Shown: positions 11,822-23,679 of the stretch, in pieces
Numbering within the stretch: position 1 is the stretch's first letter
Layout: each line of letters opens with the position of its first letter
Source: Octopus vulgaris
Lineage: Eukaryota
Direction of reading: 5' to 3'
NCBI GenBank assembly: GCA_951406725.2
Contig: OX597839.1
Location: 35,402,001 to 35,466,000, forward strand
DNA: 64,000 bases
Translations under genes and position numbers: made by a program
The notes under the pieces: model-generated
The model's database searches: none
Seen by the model: the letters and a program-made list of their open reading frames with translations, nothing else
What the model was told of the DNA's origin: nothing

Positions 11822-11956
11822 ATATTTCGCCTTATTTTTATGCGATGAAGAAGGTTCGTTAAAAATTTCTTTTGGCCGGGTCGGTCGACCTCTTGTAGAT
11901 TTAGCTGACAGCCACTTGGCATTGGCAGTAGTCTCTTGGAATTTTTCAAAGTCTAC
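11822..11956 (-). CDS. XRN1: XRN1 exon 11 (VDFEKFQETTANAKWLSAKSTRGRPTRPKEIFNEPSSSHKNKAKY)
   Basis: TGTAG acceptor, GTAAGT donor, 135 nt open, phase 0/0; start of the variable linker between the conserved regions. Confidence 0.85.
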
Positions 11957-12484
11957 CTACAAGAGAAAGAACGGTGAAGAGAACTCAAAAGAAGGATTAA
12001 TGGTATTTTCACATCATCATTGTTGTTTAGCGTTCATTTTCCATGCTGGCATGGGTTAGATGGTTTGGATGGAACTGGTGAGGCAGGCACTAGGCTCCAG
12101 TCGGATTTTGATTTGGTTTGCATGGCTGGATAACCTTCATAACATCAACCATTCCATAGAATGTACCAGGTGTCTTTTACGTGTCACTGGTATGGGTGCC
12201 TTAAATGTTTGGCTGACACAGGTGCCTCTTGCACACAACATGGGGGCCTCTTGCACGTCACTGGCATGGGTGCCTCTCGCACGTCACTTGGCACGGGTGC
12301 CTCTCGCACACCACTGGCACGGGTACCTCTCGCACATCACCGGCACGGGTGCCTCTCACACTTCACCGGCACCTCTCAGACGTTACTGGCACGGGTGCCT
12401 CTCGCATGTCACTGTTATTTACATTTTAACACACGCACACACGCAATCATACATTTACAAGCAGGCTTTCTGTTTACTGCTCAC

Positions 12485-12552
12485 CTTTGACAATGCAGTG
12501 ATATACTTCTCAAATCTTTCCAAATTTAAACTGCCAGCATCAGTGAGATAAC
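12485..12552 (-). CDS. XRN1: XRN1 exon 10 (YLTDAGSLNLERFEKYITALSK)
   Basis: CACAG acceptor, GTGAGC donor, 68 nt, in phase. Confidence 0.95.
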
Positions 12553-13253
12553 CTGTGAAGAAAACAAAAAAATTGAAAGAATCTTTAGCGATTGACAAGA
12601 GGAAAATGTTGGAAGGACAGTTTCCATACAAAAAAAAGTTTTCTTTCTTCTTCATGTGGTTATAACCAAGATGCGTCTCTCAATGCTGCACCAGGGATCT
12701 CTGCTATCCTTCTATTAGGTTTGGTAATGCACCCTAGTTGAAGGGGTAGATAACCCAGCTGCGTTGATATTATTGACAGGAACACATGACATGGAACTAC
12801 AGATTACCAAACCTAATATATTTCTTTATTGCCCCCCAAGGAGCTAAACACAGGGGGGACAAACAAGGACAGACAAACGGGTTAAGTCGATTACATCGAC
12901 CCCAGTGCGAAACTGGTACTTTATTTATTTTCATCCTTTCGGGGTCGATAAATTAAGTACCAGTTACGCACTGGGGTCGATATAATTGACTTAATCCCTT
13001 TGTCTGTCCTTGTTTGTCCCCTCTATCTTTAGCCCCTTGTGGGCAATAAAGAAACGATACATGACCATCACTGAAGATGAATACCATATGCCTGTTTGCT
13101 CCTACAGCAGCACACAACTCAAGGAGGTCAGTGACTTCAAATACTTAAGGTCCTATGCAGAGGCATAGCCAAGTCCTGAAGTCAGGCGGAGCCAGCACAT
13201 AAAAACAAAGGGGTCGTGACACATACCAAACAACTTTTAACTCACTTCCCTTA

Positions 13254-13848
13254 TACAAGGTGTTCAAAAAGTCTCTCCGCAGTGAATTCTTTTTACATCC
13301 TGCGCATCACCATGGTGATACTTCAAGATTATTTCGAAGGGACTTTGGCCACCAAGATCACCTGATTAACATCACTAGACTTTTTTTCTTCTGGGGAGCA
13401 AGTAAAGGATCTAAATCTCTCGTAGAGACATGTACGGTGGTGGGGCAATAGAATGGTTGTATACTGTCAATCTAACACGAACGTGACAGTAGGGGGGTAC
13501 ACCACTGCTGTATAGCCCTAGGAAGCATTGACGCCTCCTGATGGCTTTGACACATTTTTCCCTGTGTCCTTATATACATTTACGAAGGGGAGGCCCTAGA
13601 TGCAGCTCCGGCGGCCGGGGGTGTTTGTCTCCCCTTCGTAAATGTATATAAGGACACAGGGAAAAATGTGTCAAAGCCATCAGGAGGCGTCGATGCTTCC
13701 TAGGGCTATACAGCGGTGGTGTACCCTACTACTGTCACGTTCGTGTTAGATTGACAGTATACAACCATTCAAGTAAAGGATCGTTGTACAAGAATCGCCC
13801 GAAAACCATTAAATACTTACTGCGGAGAGATTCTTTGAACACCCTGTA
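13254..13848. mobile_element. Tc1/mariner-type MITE carrying a nested 320-bp palindrome
   Basis: TIRs TACAAGGTGTTCAAAAAGTCTCTCCGCAGT / ACTGCGGAGAGATTCTTTGAACACCCTGTA; inner inverted arms 13451-13592 and 13629-13770. Confidence 0.8.
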
Positions 13849-13958
13849 CTACAAGAAATATTTCATAGGTCGGTCATTCAGCATTCACCTAGGGATGGAC
13901 AGCAAGAACAACAAAAACAACATGCATGGAGAGAGGAAGAATTAGATGGCTGACTTAC

Positions 13959-14127
13959 CATCACATGTAGGAAGTACTTGCATGTAGGTCTGCCACAGAA
14001 AAGGCAGACCGTCCTGGTGAATGTGGAGGTGTGGCAGATGAGGGATGAAATCATTCCCCACTAAAAAACTCATGAAAATCCAATCATCGATGATCCGCTC
14101 GAGGTCAAAGGGAAAAGATAATTTGTG
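13959..14127 (-). CDS. XRN1: XRN1 exon 9 (HKLSFPFDLERIIDDWIFMSFLVGNDFIPHLPHLHIHQDGLPFLWQTYMQVLPTCDG)
   Basis: CTCAG acceptor, GTAAGT donor, 169 nt; catalytic VGNDFIPHLP motif. Confidence 0.97.
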
Positions 14128-15294
14128 CTGAGGGATTAAAAGGAAGAGGAAAAGGGGATTAAAAACAAAAAAGAAAACATGAGATGTAACATTACAGTGA
14201 ACATGGAATAAGATAATTAGTGACTAAGACGTCTGCTTCCCAATCAGGTGGTTCTGGGTTCAGTCCCTCGGTCCCTTTGCACAGCATCTTGGGCAAGTGT
14301 CTTCAGCTGTAGCCCTAAGATGACCAAAGCCTTGTGAGAAGGTTTGGTTAGACAGAAAACGAAAGAAGCCTGGTGTGTGTGTGTGTAATGGGCTTTCTCA
14401 TCAAAGATTACATATGAGCGTTCAGCTTTTGGTGAAGGGCCTGCACAAATTATTTGTTTATAGGGATCAAAAGCTTGTGCCACACATTGAGCTCATATTC
14501 TCCATCAAATCAATGTTGTCTGAATTGGTGTTGAGGTGACTGCAGAGCAATATGAGATGAAGTCTTTTGCTCAAGAACACAACACGCTACTCGGTCTAGG
14601 AATTGAAATCACAGTTGGTAGATTGTGAGTGCAACATCCTAACCACAGGCCATAAGCCCTCACTGTATGTATGTGTGTATGTATGTGTGTGTGTATGTGT
14701 GTGTGTAGCGTAGGCTCGAAACAAAAAACTTTTCCACTTTCCTGAGCATCAAACTAATACACCTGCTTTTGTCTATTGCTTTTCTATAAATTTCAACTAT
14801 ATATATATATATACACACACACATCCTAGTTCTGTAAGCATCCTTAAAATGATTATCTGACACCACAAGGCCTCTCTCTCAGTAGCAACAGCCCAGAGAT
14901 GTGGTTTCTTAGTCACAGTGAAGTTGATATACATCAGAGCAGACAAAGAACAAACTCAGAAGGAGACAAGAGAATTTAGGCCCCTATCACACAAGGGAGA
15001 CAAGAACTCTTGGCCCACACTTCAAAGTGGATTTTGCCAACTGTAGCAAAGACAACTCCTCTGGGGGAGAATGAACTTCCCAGGGTCTCAAACAATTTAT
15101 GTGGTGTGAAATGGAGGGACCTCATTTATCAGTCCTGAGATTTAAATTGAGAACAACAAAACATTGAGGAGACAAATTTAGAGTACAAAATACTGGGATT
15201 TCATTTACAAACTCTGAGGTTTAATACAAGAGTATCAAGGCAATAAAGGGACAAAATTAGTGTAAATTAAGCAGTGGAGAGTGAAATGGGCACC

Positions 15295-15434
15295 ACTTAA
15301 ATACAGAGGTCCCAACACATTGACGTAGTGATGTTTTCACAGGGCACACTGGTTAGGGTTATGGTTAGTTTCAGGTTTAGGGTTAGTTTTAGGGTTAGGG
15401 TTACGTAGATGTGTTGGGACCTCTGTATTGAAGT
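15295..15434. mobile_element. Short MITE with internal TTAGGG-like repeats
   Basis: TIRs ACTTAAATACAGAGGTCCCAACACAT / ATGTGTTGGGACCTCTGTATTGAAGT around GGTTAGGGTTATGGTTAG...TTAGGGTTAGGGTTA. Confidence 0.75.
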
Positions 15435-15721
15435 AATACCATGAAATGTAGGATATAAAATAATGGGAATTCAGTTAGAAGCCCTAAAGTTTAAATCTAG
15501 AGCATCAAGGTAGCAAATGAGACAGTGATGAGAAATTAGGATCGTTTGGAAACTCGGACTTAAATCTAAAACCAAGGCATCGGGGGGAGAAACAAGGATG
15601 GTGTAAACAATGTAGGAAGGGAATAAAATACGATTTTTGTTTTGAAACTCTGAGGTCTGAATCCAGAACAGAGCAGTGAGGGGATAAACTTAAGGGTAAA
15701 AGGTTAACGAGTATCACTTAC

Positions 15722-15809
15722 CTCTAAATCTGCAAATTCAAAGTAAAGATATTCTCGCATCAGAGATAAATGTAGCAAAAGAAATGTGGTCTCTTTCGGC
15801 GTCATGGGA
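15722..15809 (-). CDS. XRN1: XRN1 exon 8 (PMTPKETTFLLLHLSLMREYLYFEFADLE)
   Basis: TTCAG acceptor, GTAAGT donor, 88 nt; LLHLSLMREY motif. Confidence 0.96.
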
Positions 15810-16943
15810 CTGAATGGAAAACAGAGAAACAAAACTAAATGAAGGTTGGGAAGTTGAGGGTTTTGTGTCTGTCTTTACAGAGGTATATAATCTATTTGTT
15901 TTACGTGCACTTTCTATGCTTGCATGGGTCAGATGGAATTTGTTGCGATGGTTTTTCTATGGTTGGATGCCCTTCATGAAACCAAAGCTTGGAAGACTGG
16001 AAACAAACAACCCCGCTTGTATGACAATGATGCTCGTTTACGACCATCGTGTGATATATAGACAGGGGTACACAATAAAAGTAAAAAATTAAAACCTGTC
16101 TGTCATTTTCTGTTTTGTATGTAAATTCCTGGAAATGACACTCTACTTTCAGTGTGCATCCCCATTCTGAGTAAAATGACAATGGGATCTGATGAAGGAC
16201 TTTACACTTTGGTTGGATGATAAAAAATAATAAATGTTCCTTCTTGAGCCATGCCAGGTTCATAAGGGCCGGTTTCCTGTTTCAGTGGCGTAGAAATTCC
16301 CCACCTGGACAGGACACTGGTCCATCGTAGGATTACTCATTTTTGCCAGCTGAGCGGGCTGGAGCAATGTGAAATGAAGTGTTTTGCTCAAGAACACAAT
16401 GCATCGCCTGGCCCAGGAATTGAAACCACGACCTTACGATCATGAGTTCAACACCCTAACCACTAAGCCACGCGCCTCCACATGGTTGGATGATAATGAT
16501 TACATTACATCTCACCTGTGTACTACAGGTGTAAAAATGTGTTGAAACTACTGTAGTGATTTTAAATAAAGTATATCATAACATTCCATTTTCAGTCATC
16601 TCTCTCTCAATATGTGTGTGTGCTCCACAACTGCTTGACAACCAGTGTTGGTTTGTTTACATCTCGATAACTTAATGGTTTGGCAAAACAGACCAGTAGA
16701 GTAAGTACTAAACTTAAAACTAAGTCCTGGGGTCGATTCGTTCAGCTAAACACTTTGAGACGGCACTCCAGCATGGTCGCAGTCAAATGAAACAAGTAAA
16801 ATGTAGATGATAAAATTTATAAAAACAGGAAAGAATAAAATGAACAAATAAAAAAAAACAAACAAACATGGCGGTGCCCCAGCATGGCCACAGCTTGTGA
16901 GCTGAAACTAGATAGATAAATAAAAAATAAAATAAAACAGTAC

Positions 16944-17032
16944 CGTTTTGTTTTGTCCCTTTTGCCACCAAATCGAACTTCTTCCCGCAACAGAGAAAAG
17001 TGGGGTTCGTGGGAAGTGAGCCCTAGTAAAAT
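16944..17032 (-). CDS. XRN1: XRN1 exon 7 (ILLGLTSHEPHFSLLREEVRFGGKRDKTKR)
   Basis: TGTAG acceptor, GTACTG donor, 89 nt; HEPHFSLLREEV motif. Confidence 0.95.
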
Positions 17033-17882
17033 CTACAAATTGAAAACACAAAAAATAAAAAAAAAATAGAGAAAACACAGCTTAGAAAGACAAACAGGGA
17101 TACCAACATGGAAGGATAAGGGAAAAGATTGCAACAAAATCTAAGCCAAAGTTTATTCTTTTTTCTACTCTAGGAACAAGGCCTGTAATTGGGGGCGGGG
17201 GCAATCGATTAGATTGACCCCAGTATCCAACTGGTATTTAATTTATTGACCCTCAAAGGGATGAAAGACAAAGTCGACCTCGGTGGAATTTGAACTCGGA
17301 ACGTAAAGACAGATGAAATACCGCTAAGCATTTCGTCCAGAGTGCTAACGATTCTGCCGGCTCACTAATTATCATCATCTTCATTTAACGTCCGCTTTCC
17401 ATGCTGGCATGGGTTGGATGGTTTGACTGAGGATCTGGGAAGCCAGGAGGCTGCACCAGGCTCCAGTCTGATTCTGGCAGAGTTTCTACAGCTGGATGCC
17501 CTTCTTAACACCAACCGCTCTGAGAGTGCAGTGGGTGCTTTTTGTGCCACCGGCATGAGGGCCAGTCAGGCAGTACTGGTAACAGCCACACTCAAATGGT
17601 GCTTTTTATGTGCCACCTGCACAGGAGCCAGTCCAGCAGCACTGGCAACAACCTCGCTCGAATGTTTTTTTCACATGCCACCGGCACAAGTGCCAGTAAG
17701 GTGCCGCTGGTAACGATCACAATATATGTTCATAATATGTTCAAATTAGGTTATAAGTGAATTATTACACACTTGGAATGATGGTAATGAAACCGGTGAT
17801 GGCACTGGTGCGGATGGTGATGGTAGTATTGGTGTAAGTGGTAGCGATGGTGTTGGCAAGTATAGTAGTAGTAGTAGTAGTA

Positions 17883-18137
17883 GTGCCGGTGGCACATAAA
17901 AAGCACCATCCATTCGTGGCCGTTTGCCAGCTCTGTCTGGCACCAGTGCGGGTGGCACGTAAAAAGCACCCACTACACTCACGGAGTGGTTGGCGTTAGG
18001 AAGGGCATCCAGCCGTAGAAACACTGCCAGATTTGACTGGGCCTGATGAAGCCTTCTGGCTTCACAGACCCCAGTAGAACCGTCCAACCCATGCTAGCAT
18101 GGAAAACGGACGCTAAACGATGATGATGATGATGATG
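17883..18137 (+). mobile_element. Repeat family C, SINE-like with (TGA)n tail, probably RTE-dependent; copies ~1181-1560(-), 1677-1940(+), 3841-4200(-), 4455-4700(-), 17370-17720(-), 18901-19220(-), 26155-26341(+), 26823-26961(+), 37630-37877(+), 41617-41940(-), 42604-42955(-), 48920-49097(-)
   Basis: Recurrent GGTGGCACGTAAAAAGCACC (tandemly reiterated) - TTGGCGTTAGGAAGGGCATCCAGC - CCAACCCATGCTAGCATGGAAAACGGACGTTAAACG(ATG)n. Confidence 0.85.
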
Positions 18138-18537
18138 AATACCAAAATACCAAACAATGGCGTTAAACCAGGTATCAACAGAGTTACCAAGGACCAGACA
18201 GGGTTGTTAAACCAGGTAAAAACAGAGTGGACTCTGCTAAAGGTACACAGGGAGTCAAATGATGGTGACGGATTGTCTTTCAGCCAAGTAGGCAAAGAGC
18301 CAGACCCAATACCACAAGGTATCTTTCCCAGCCCTCTAACAGTTCCACCAATTCATTCCCCTGGATTGGTCCTTTTTTTTTTTTTTGAATTCTTGGATCG
18401 ACCCCTAGAAGAAATGAAAGGCAAAGTTTAGAACTGTAGAGAATCAGAACAAGCACCCATGTGATGTTCTATCCAACATCCTAACAACAACTCAGGTTAA
18501 TTTGGTAGAAAATTTCTGCAAAGGATTTCCAACTTAC

Positions 18538-18648
18538 CAAATCTGCATCTAATCCGTACACACAATGCCGTGTGTTTGGATCGTAGTCAGGTTTGGAGCG
18601 TAACGACCGAATGTAATCCATAATTTTGTGCTCTCCTTCACCAGGAGT
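18538..18648 (-). CDS. XRN1: XRN1 exon 6 ([37 protein letters not shown])
   Basis: TTCAG acceptor, GTAAGT donor, 111 nt; catalytic PGEGEHKI and GLDADL motifs, translated by hand. Confidence 0.97.
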
Positions 18649-19277
18649 CTGAAAAGAAAAATAAACGATTATGAAAGATTAAACAAATCACACAGCAAAG
18701 GGGACTTTGTTTTTCTATGAAATATAAAATAGGGGCCTCTTTGTTCTTTCTTTAATATGCTGTACACATTTGTCTGACTTGCAGGGTCCTATCAAAAACC
18801 ATCCAAGCCACACCGGGAGGGAAGACAGATCTGTGTAACAGCTAGTGATGATGATATATATTCACAAACACACAAATACAAGCATATAATCAATCTTAAT
18901 CATCATCATCATCATCGTTTAACGTCCGTTCTCCATGCTAGCATGGGTTGGACGGGTCGACCGGGGATCTGGGAAGCCAGGAGGCTACACCAGGCTCCAG
19001 TCTTATCTGGCAACGTTTCTACAGCTGGATGCCCTTCCTAACGCCAACCACTCCGTGAGTGTAGTGGGTGCTTTTTACGTGCCACCTGCACAGGTGCCAG
19101 GCGAGGCTGGCAACGGCCACGGTCGGATTGGTGCTTTTTACGTTCCACCTGCACAGGTGCCAGGCGAGGCTGGCAACGGCCACGGTCGGATTGGTGCTTT
19201 TTACGTGCCACCTGCACTGGTGTAAAATGAAATAAAACAAAGCGAACATCACAGGTGGAAAAGGTAAGAGAACGAAC

Positions 19278-19387
19278 CTCATGTCCAGAGAGGTAGATGT
19301 CGACTCCTTTCCAAAGAGGGTCTGAAGAGACTTTCTGTGTAACAAAGAACTGTAGCTGCTTCTGTAGCCTCACCATAAATTCAGTTC
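19278..19387 (-). CDS. XRN1: XRN1 exon 5 (TEFMVRLQKQLQFFVTQKVSSDPLWKGVDIYLSGHE)
   Basis: ACAG acceptor, GTTCGT donor, 110 nt, in phase. Confidence 0.96.
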
Positions 19388-19518
19388 CTGTAACAGAGAG
19401 AAGAATTAGATGAACAGAAAACAATTTAAACATATTTTTAGCATCTCAACCGTTTAGCATTCAGATTACTTTGTCAAATGTCAAGCTTATTCACATTGTT
19501 TTGGATTACTGTATTCTA

Positions 19519-19690
19519 ACATGTATAACTCTGAGCACCTTTTCAAACTCCACCCGTCTAACACCCGTGGACATATTTACAAAGTCAGAAAACAGCACAG
19601 ATCCTTCCATGGCTTCAGGAAACATTTTTTCATGCTGAAAGTTGCTGAAGCATGGAACAAACTGCCGGCATCAGTTGTTAGTTGTCGGAT
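19519..19690 (+). mobile_element. CR1-like LINE 3' ORF fragment; related decayed copy 43822-44150(-)
   Basis: NTRGH.YK..K......RKHFF..KV.EAWNKLP.SVV motif typical of CR1-group ORF2 C-termini. Confidence 0.78.
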
Positions 19691-20322
19691 TTTGACTGAG
19701 GACTGACGAACCAGATGGCTGCACCAGACTCCAATCTTGATCTGGCAGAGTTTCTACAGCTGGATGCCCTTCTTAACACCATATGTGTGCGAGCATATTT
19801 CTTTTTACGTATAGAGAAGAGGGGAAAGTGTTTAGGTCAATCAGGTTTAATTAATAAATTGCAATGTTGCTGTCTTTCTCTCCCTCTCTCTGTAGGTGTA
19901 TGTCTAAATATACATGCATGTGTGTGTGTGTGTGTGTGTTTTGTCTCCAGCACCACCCAAAAAGCACAGTCACCAAAACAGACTGAACGTCCAGTCAGCC
20001 ATGCCAAATTGTCAGCATCCAAACAGCTGTATTCGACCGTCTCATTCCAGAGCGACATACAGTGGATCTTTGGTTCTCTGTCATTCAAAGATAAAGATTC
20101 AATTGTTTGATCTCAACTGAATTACCTGCTCCTGAGTTAACATCTAAATGGTTGAATATTCTACAGTCGCATGTACCCTTAATGTAATTCTCAGGTGGAA
20201 TCAGTGTGGGAAATGGCTGTGTCTTTTTAAATGCAGTTTTAGACCCCACCCGACAGACTTCTATACCGTTTCCATCTCCCAGACAGAAAAGAAAGATGGT
20301 GAGGAAAAAAAATTCAACGAAC

Positions 20323-20420
20323 CTGGTGTAATACAATTTGAATCGAATCGTTTTTCTGTTGGCAACACTTCACCACGCTCTTTAGCTTGGTTTATCAAAT
20401 TTTCAGCTTCACGGGCAGAC
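20323..20420 (-). CDS. XRN1: XRN1 exon 4 (SAREAENLINQAKERGEVLPTEKRFDSNCITPG)
   Basis: CCCAG acceptor, GTTCGT donor, 98 nt, phase matches both neighbours; FDSNCITPG motif. Confidence 0.96.
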
Positions 20421-21215
20421 CTGGGAATTGAAACGAAGGAAGAATGGTGGAAAAAAATGGCAATACAAATGCACACACATACAAATATACACACACACAT
20501 ATGCACCAGTATATTCTTTTCCACAATGACAAATCCATAAACAACCATAAAGAACATAATCCTTAACATTATTTACATTAGATGGATATTTGTCCTCATC
20601 TTGTTTGTTGTTAACACAGCATTTCGGCTGGTCTACCCTCCAGCCTTCATCAGGTGTCTTGGGGAAATTTCAAACCTGGTTTCTCATTCCTAAGGTATTC
20701 TTTGATATTATTATTATTATTCAGGTCACTGCCTGGAATTGAACTCAGAATCTTGGAGTTAGTAGCCCGCACTCTTAACCACTATGCCATATGCCCGTGG
20801 GCAAATATGAAGTGATTCTTAGGGCTTATAAATCTAATATTTTCCTATCCTTCTGAAAGGGTATATCAGTCGAAAACAAACAAGATGAGGACAAATATCC
20901 GTTAAATGGAAATGGAAATGGCACTGAAGCTAAAACCACCAGGCTGTGAAGCAAACTCCTTAGCCATACTGCAACACCTGCATCTGCATATAATAATATA
21001 ATATTTTATAAATTATGTAATATTACAGGTGAGAGCTGTACAGGTGGTTGGTTTAAGATTATGTCTGATCTAGCTGAAGCACATCCATATTTCATTTCCC
21101 ATTTTTTTTCTTTCTCTTACATAAAATAAAGTTCTTAAAGTTGTTGCTTTTTTTGTTTTTGTCGTTGGTGATTGTTGTTTTGGTGTTAAACGTTGCTATT
21201 GATGCTGGAACTCAC

Positions 21216-21316
21216 CTGAATCGTCTCCCTCTTTGTTGGTTCATCTTTGCTCGAGGAGCAACTCCATCAATGGCCATAAAGAAGACTTTACATGGTTTAA
21301 TCATTTGGAATAAAAA
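21216..21316 (-). CDS. XRN1: XRN1 exon 3 ([34 protein letters not shown])
   Basis: CCAG acceptor, GTGAGT donor, 101 nt; [17 protein letters not shown] 5'-phosphate-binding motif. Confidence 0.97.
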
Positions 21317-21358
21317 CTGGAACAAAGAAAGATAAATATTACAAAAGACTAATCCGAG

Positions 21359-21398
<40 letters not shown>

Positions 21399-22448
21399 CA
21401 AGAGAGGGCATGCAGATGAGAACAGGAAACACACAACCTCTTCCAGTTTACACCAACCCAGGATTTCTTTTTTGCTCAACACTGAAGAGGTGTTTCGATA
21501 AAATGTTTCAACAAGCAGTTACGTAATCCTGACAGTAATTAGATGAAACGAGTGTATGTTTTATAAAGCATAAAATACCATATATATTTTATTAGTATAA
21601 TATCACTGTACTGACCCAACTATCAGCCATAATGCATTTCCAATTCTTACTTGAATGTGCCGTACTTTTCCATTTTGGCCCAAATCATTTAAGTACAATA
21701 TTTTAATGTGTATAGGGAACCCTTTTTGTCAAAAATTAGGTTAAAAAAATATGGGACTTTCTTATACAAGGATAGTATCATAATCCCTTACAAAACCTTT
21801 TTCCAAATTTTAAACCCAAGAAATTAGGGGGTTCCTTATACACATTAAAGTACAGCAAATCATTTTCCCATCATTGTGGTGGCTTTCTGAGTGGCCCTTT
21901 TCTCATCTCTTGGATACCACTCAGCAACTGCAGGGGTCACCTGTTTTCTATGACCCTTGCAACATGACCAGCCCAACAGAAACTCGTGCTTTCAGCATTC
22001 TGCAATCATGTGGTTCACTCTCCATACTTTAACCCTTTAGTGTTTAAACTGGCCATATCCGTCCCAAATATCCTACATGTTTTATATTCAAACTGGCCAT
22101 ATCTAGCCTCTCACACCCACCCTACAATATCATTCTATAAATAAACAATCACATCACTGAAACCTCAAAGCTATAAGATAATGCAGGATTAATTCAAAAC
22201 AATTTGAGTGGAAAAGTATTACATTTAAGAGTAATCTGAACACTAAAGGGTTAATCAACATAGTAATAGACCTATACCTAAAATCCAAGTAGTTACACAC
22301 ACACAAACACACACACACACACAAGTATCTATTCATTCAGTCATTTAATCAATGTTCTTTTTTTCTATGTTAGCATGGGTCAGACAAGGAATTATTTGAG
22401 AGAGAAATTCTGTGAATGGCTGCTCTTCTCTTCACCTGTTGGTGCATG

Positions 22449-22497
<49 letters not shown>

Positions 22498-22532
22498 GGT
22501 GCGTGTATGCAATTACAAAAGAAGCCACTTAC

Positions 22533-22664
22533 TTCTATGTACTGAAAAATATGAATAAAAATGTCCTCCTCTGTAATTCTGAAATGTGGATTATCATCTT
22601 CCGGATGGGAACAAAGATGGATGATGCCATTCATGTCCAAATATAAGTTATCAAATACTGGAAT
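22533..22664 (-). CDS. XRN1: XRN1 exon 2 (IPVFDNLYLDMNGIIHLCSHPEDDNPHFRITEEDIFIHIFQYIE)
   Basis: TTCAG acceptor, GTAAGT donor, 132 nt; conserved FDNLYLDMNGIIH motif. Confidence 0.97.
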
Positions 22665-23634
22665 CTGAAAAGGAAGAAGAAGGAGAAGAAAATAAAATAC
22701 TCGCCATCATCATCATTTAACATCCAATTTTCTATATTTTTCTATGGGTCAGGTGGAGTTTATTGAGGTAGGTTCCCTGCAGGTGGATACCTCTACCTGT
22801 CACCAATCCTCACCTGTTTCCAAGCAAGGTAATATTTCCCCATGGCCAAGGTGGTAAGCTGGTAGAAACAGTAGCACGCTGGGGGAAAAGCTTAGCGGTA
22901 TTTCATCTGTCTTTACGTTATTCTGAGTTCAAATTCTGCTGAGGTCAACTTAGCCTTTCATCCTTTCGGGGTCGATAAATTAAGTACCAGTTACGCACTG
23001 GGGTCGATGTAATCGACTTAATACCTATGTCTGTCCCCTCTATGTTTAGCCCCTTGTGGGTAATAAAGAAATAGAAATAGGTATTTCATCTGTCTTTACG
23101 TTGTTCTGAGTTCAACTTTGTCTTTCATCCTTTCGGGGGTTGATAAATTAAGTACCAGTTGCATATTGGGATCAATCTAATCGACTGGCACCCTTCTCCA
23201 AAAATTTCGGGCCTTGTGCCTAGAGTAGAAAAGAATATTTCCCCATGGCCAGACATGGTTTCACAGAATTATGGAAAGGAATGACACTGCTTGTATGACA
23301 TTGAGGCTCATTTACAACTCCCATGTGATGTCAAGACAAGGAGACACAAACATACCCTCACCCATACCCTCATGAAAGGAAAGGCGGTGACCTGGCAGAA
23401 ACGTTAGCACGCCGGGTGAAATACTTAGCGGTATTTCGTCTGCCGCTACATTCTGAGTTCAAATTCCACTGAGGTCAACTTTGCCTTTCATCCTTTCAGG
23501 GTCAATAAATTAAGTACCAGTTACGCACTGGGGATCGATGTAATCAACTTAATCCGTTTGTCTGTCCTTGTTTGTCCCCCTCTGTGTTTAGCCCCTTGTG
23601 GGCAATAAAGAAATAACAAACATACCCCCACTCC

Positions 23635-23679
<45 letters not shown>

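Noticed and set aside
15350-15405. Telomere or chromosome-fusion relic
   Set aside because: Only a few degenerate TTAGGG units, enclosed by MITE TIRs.
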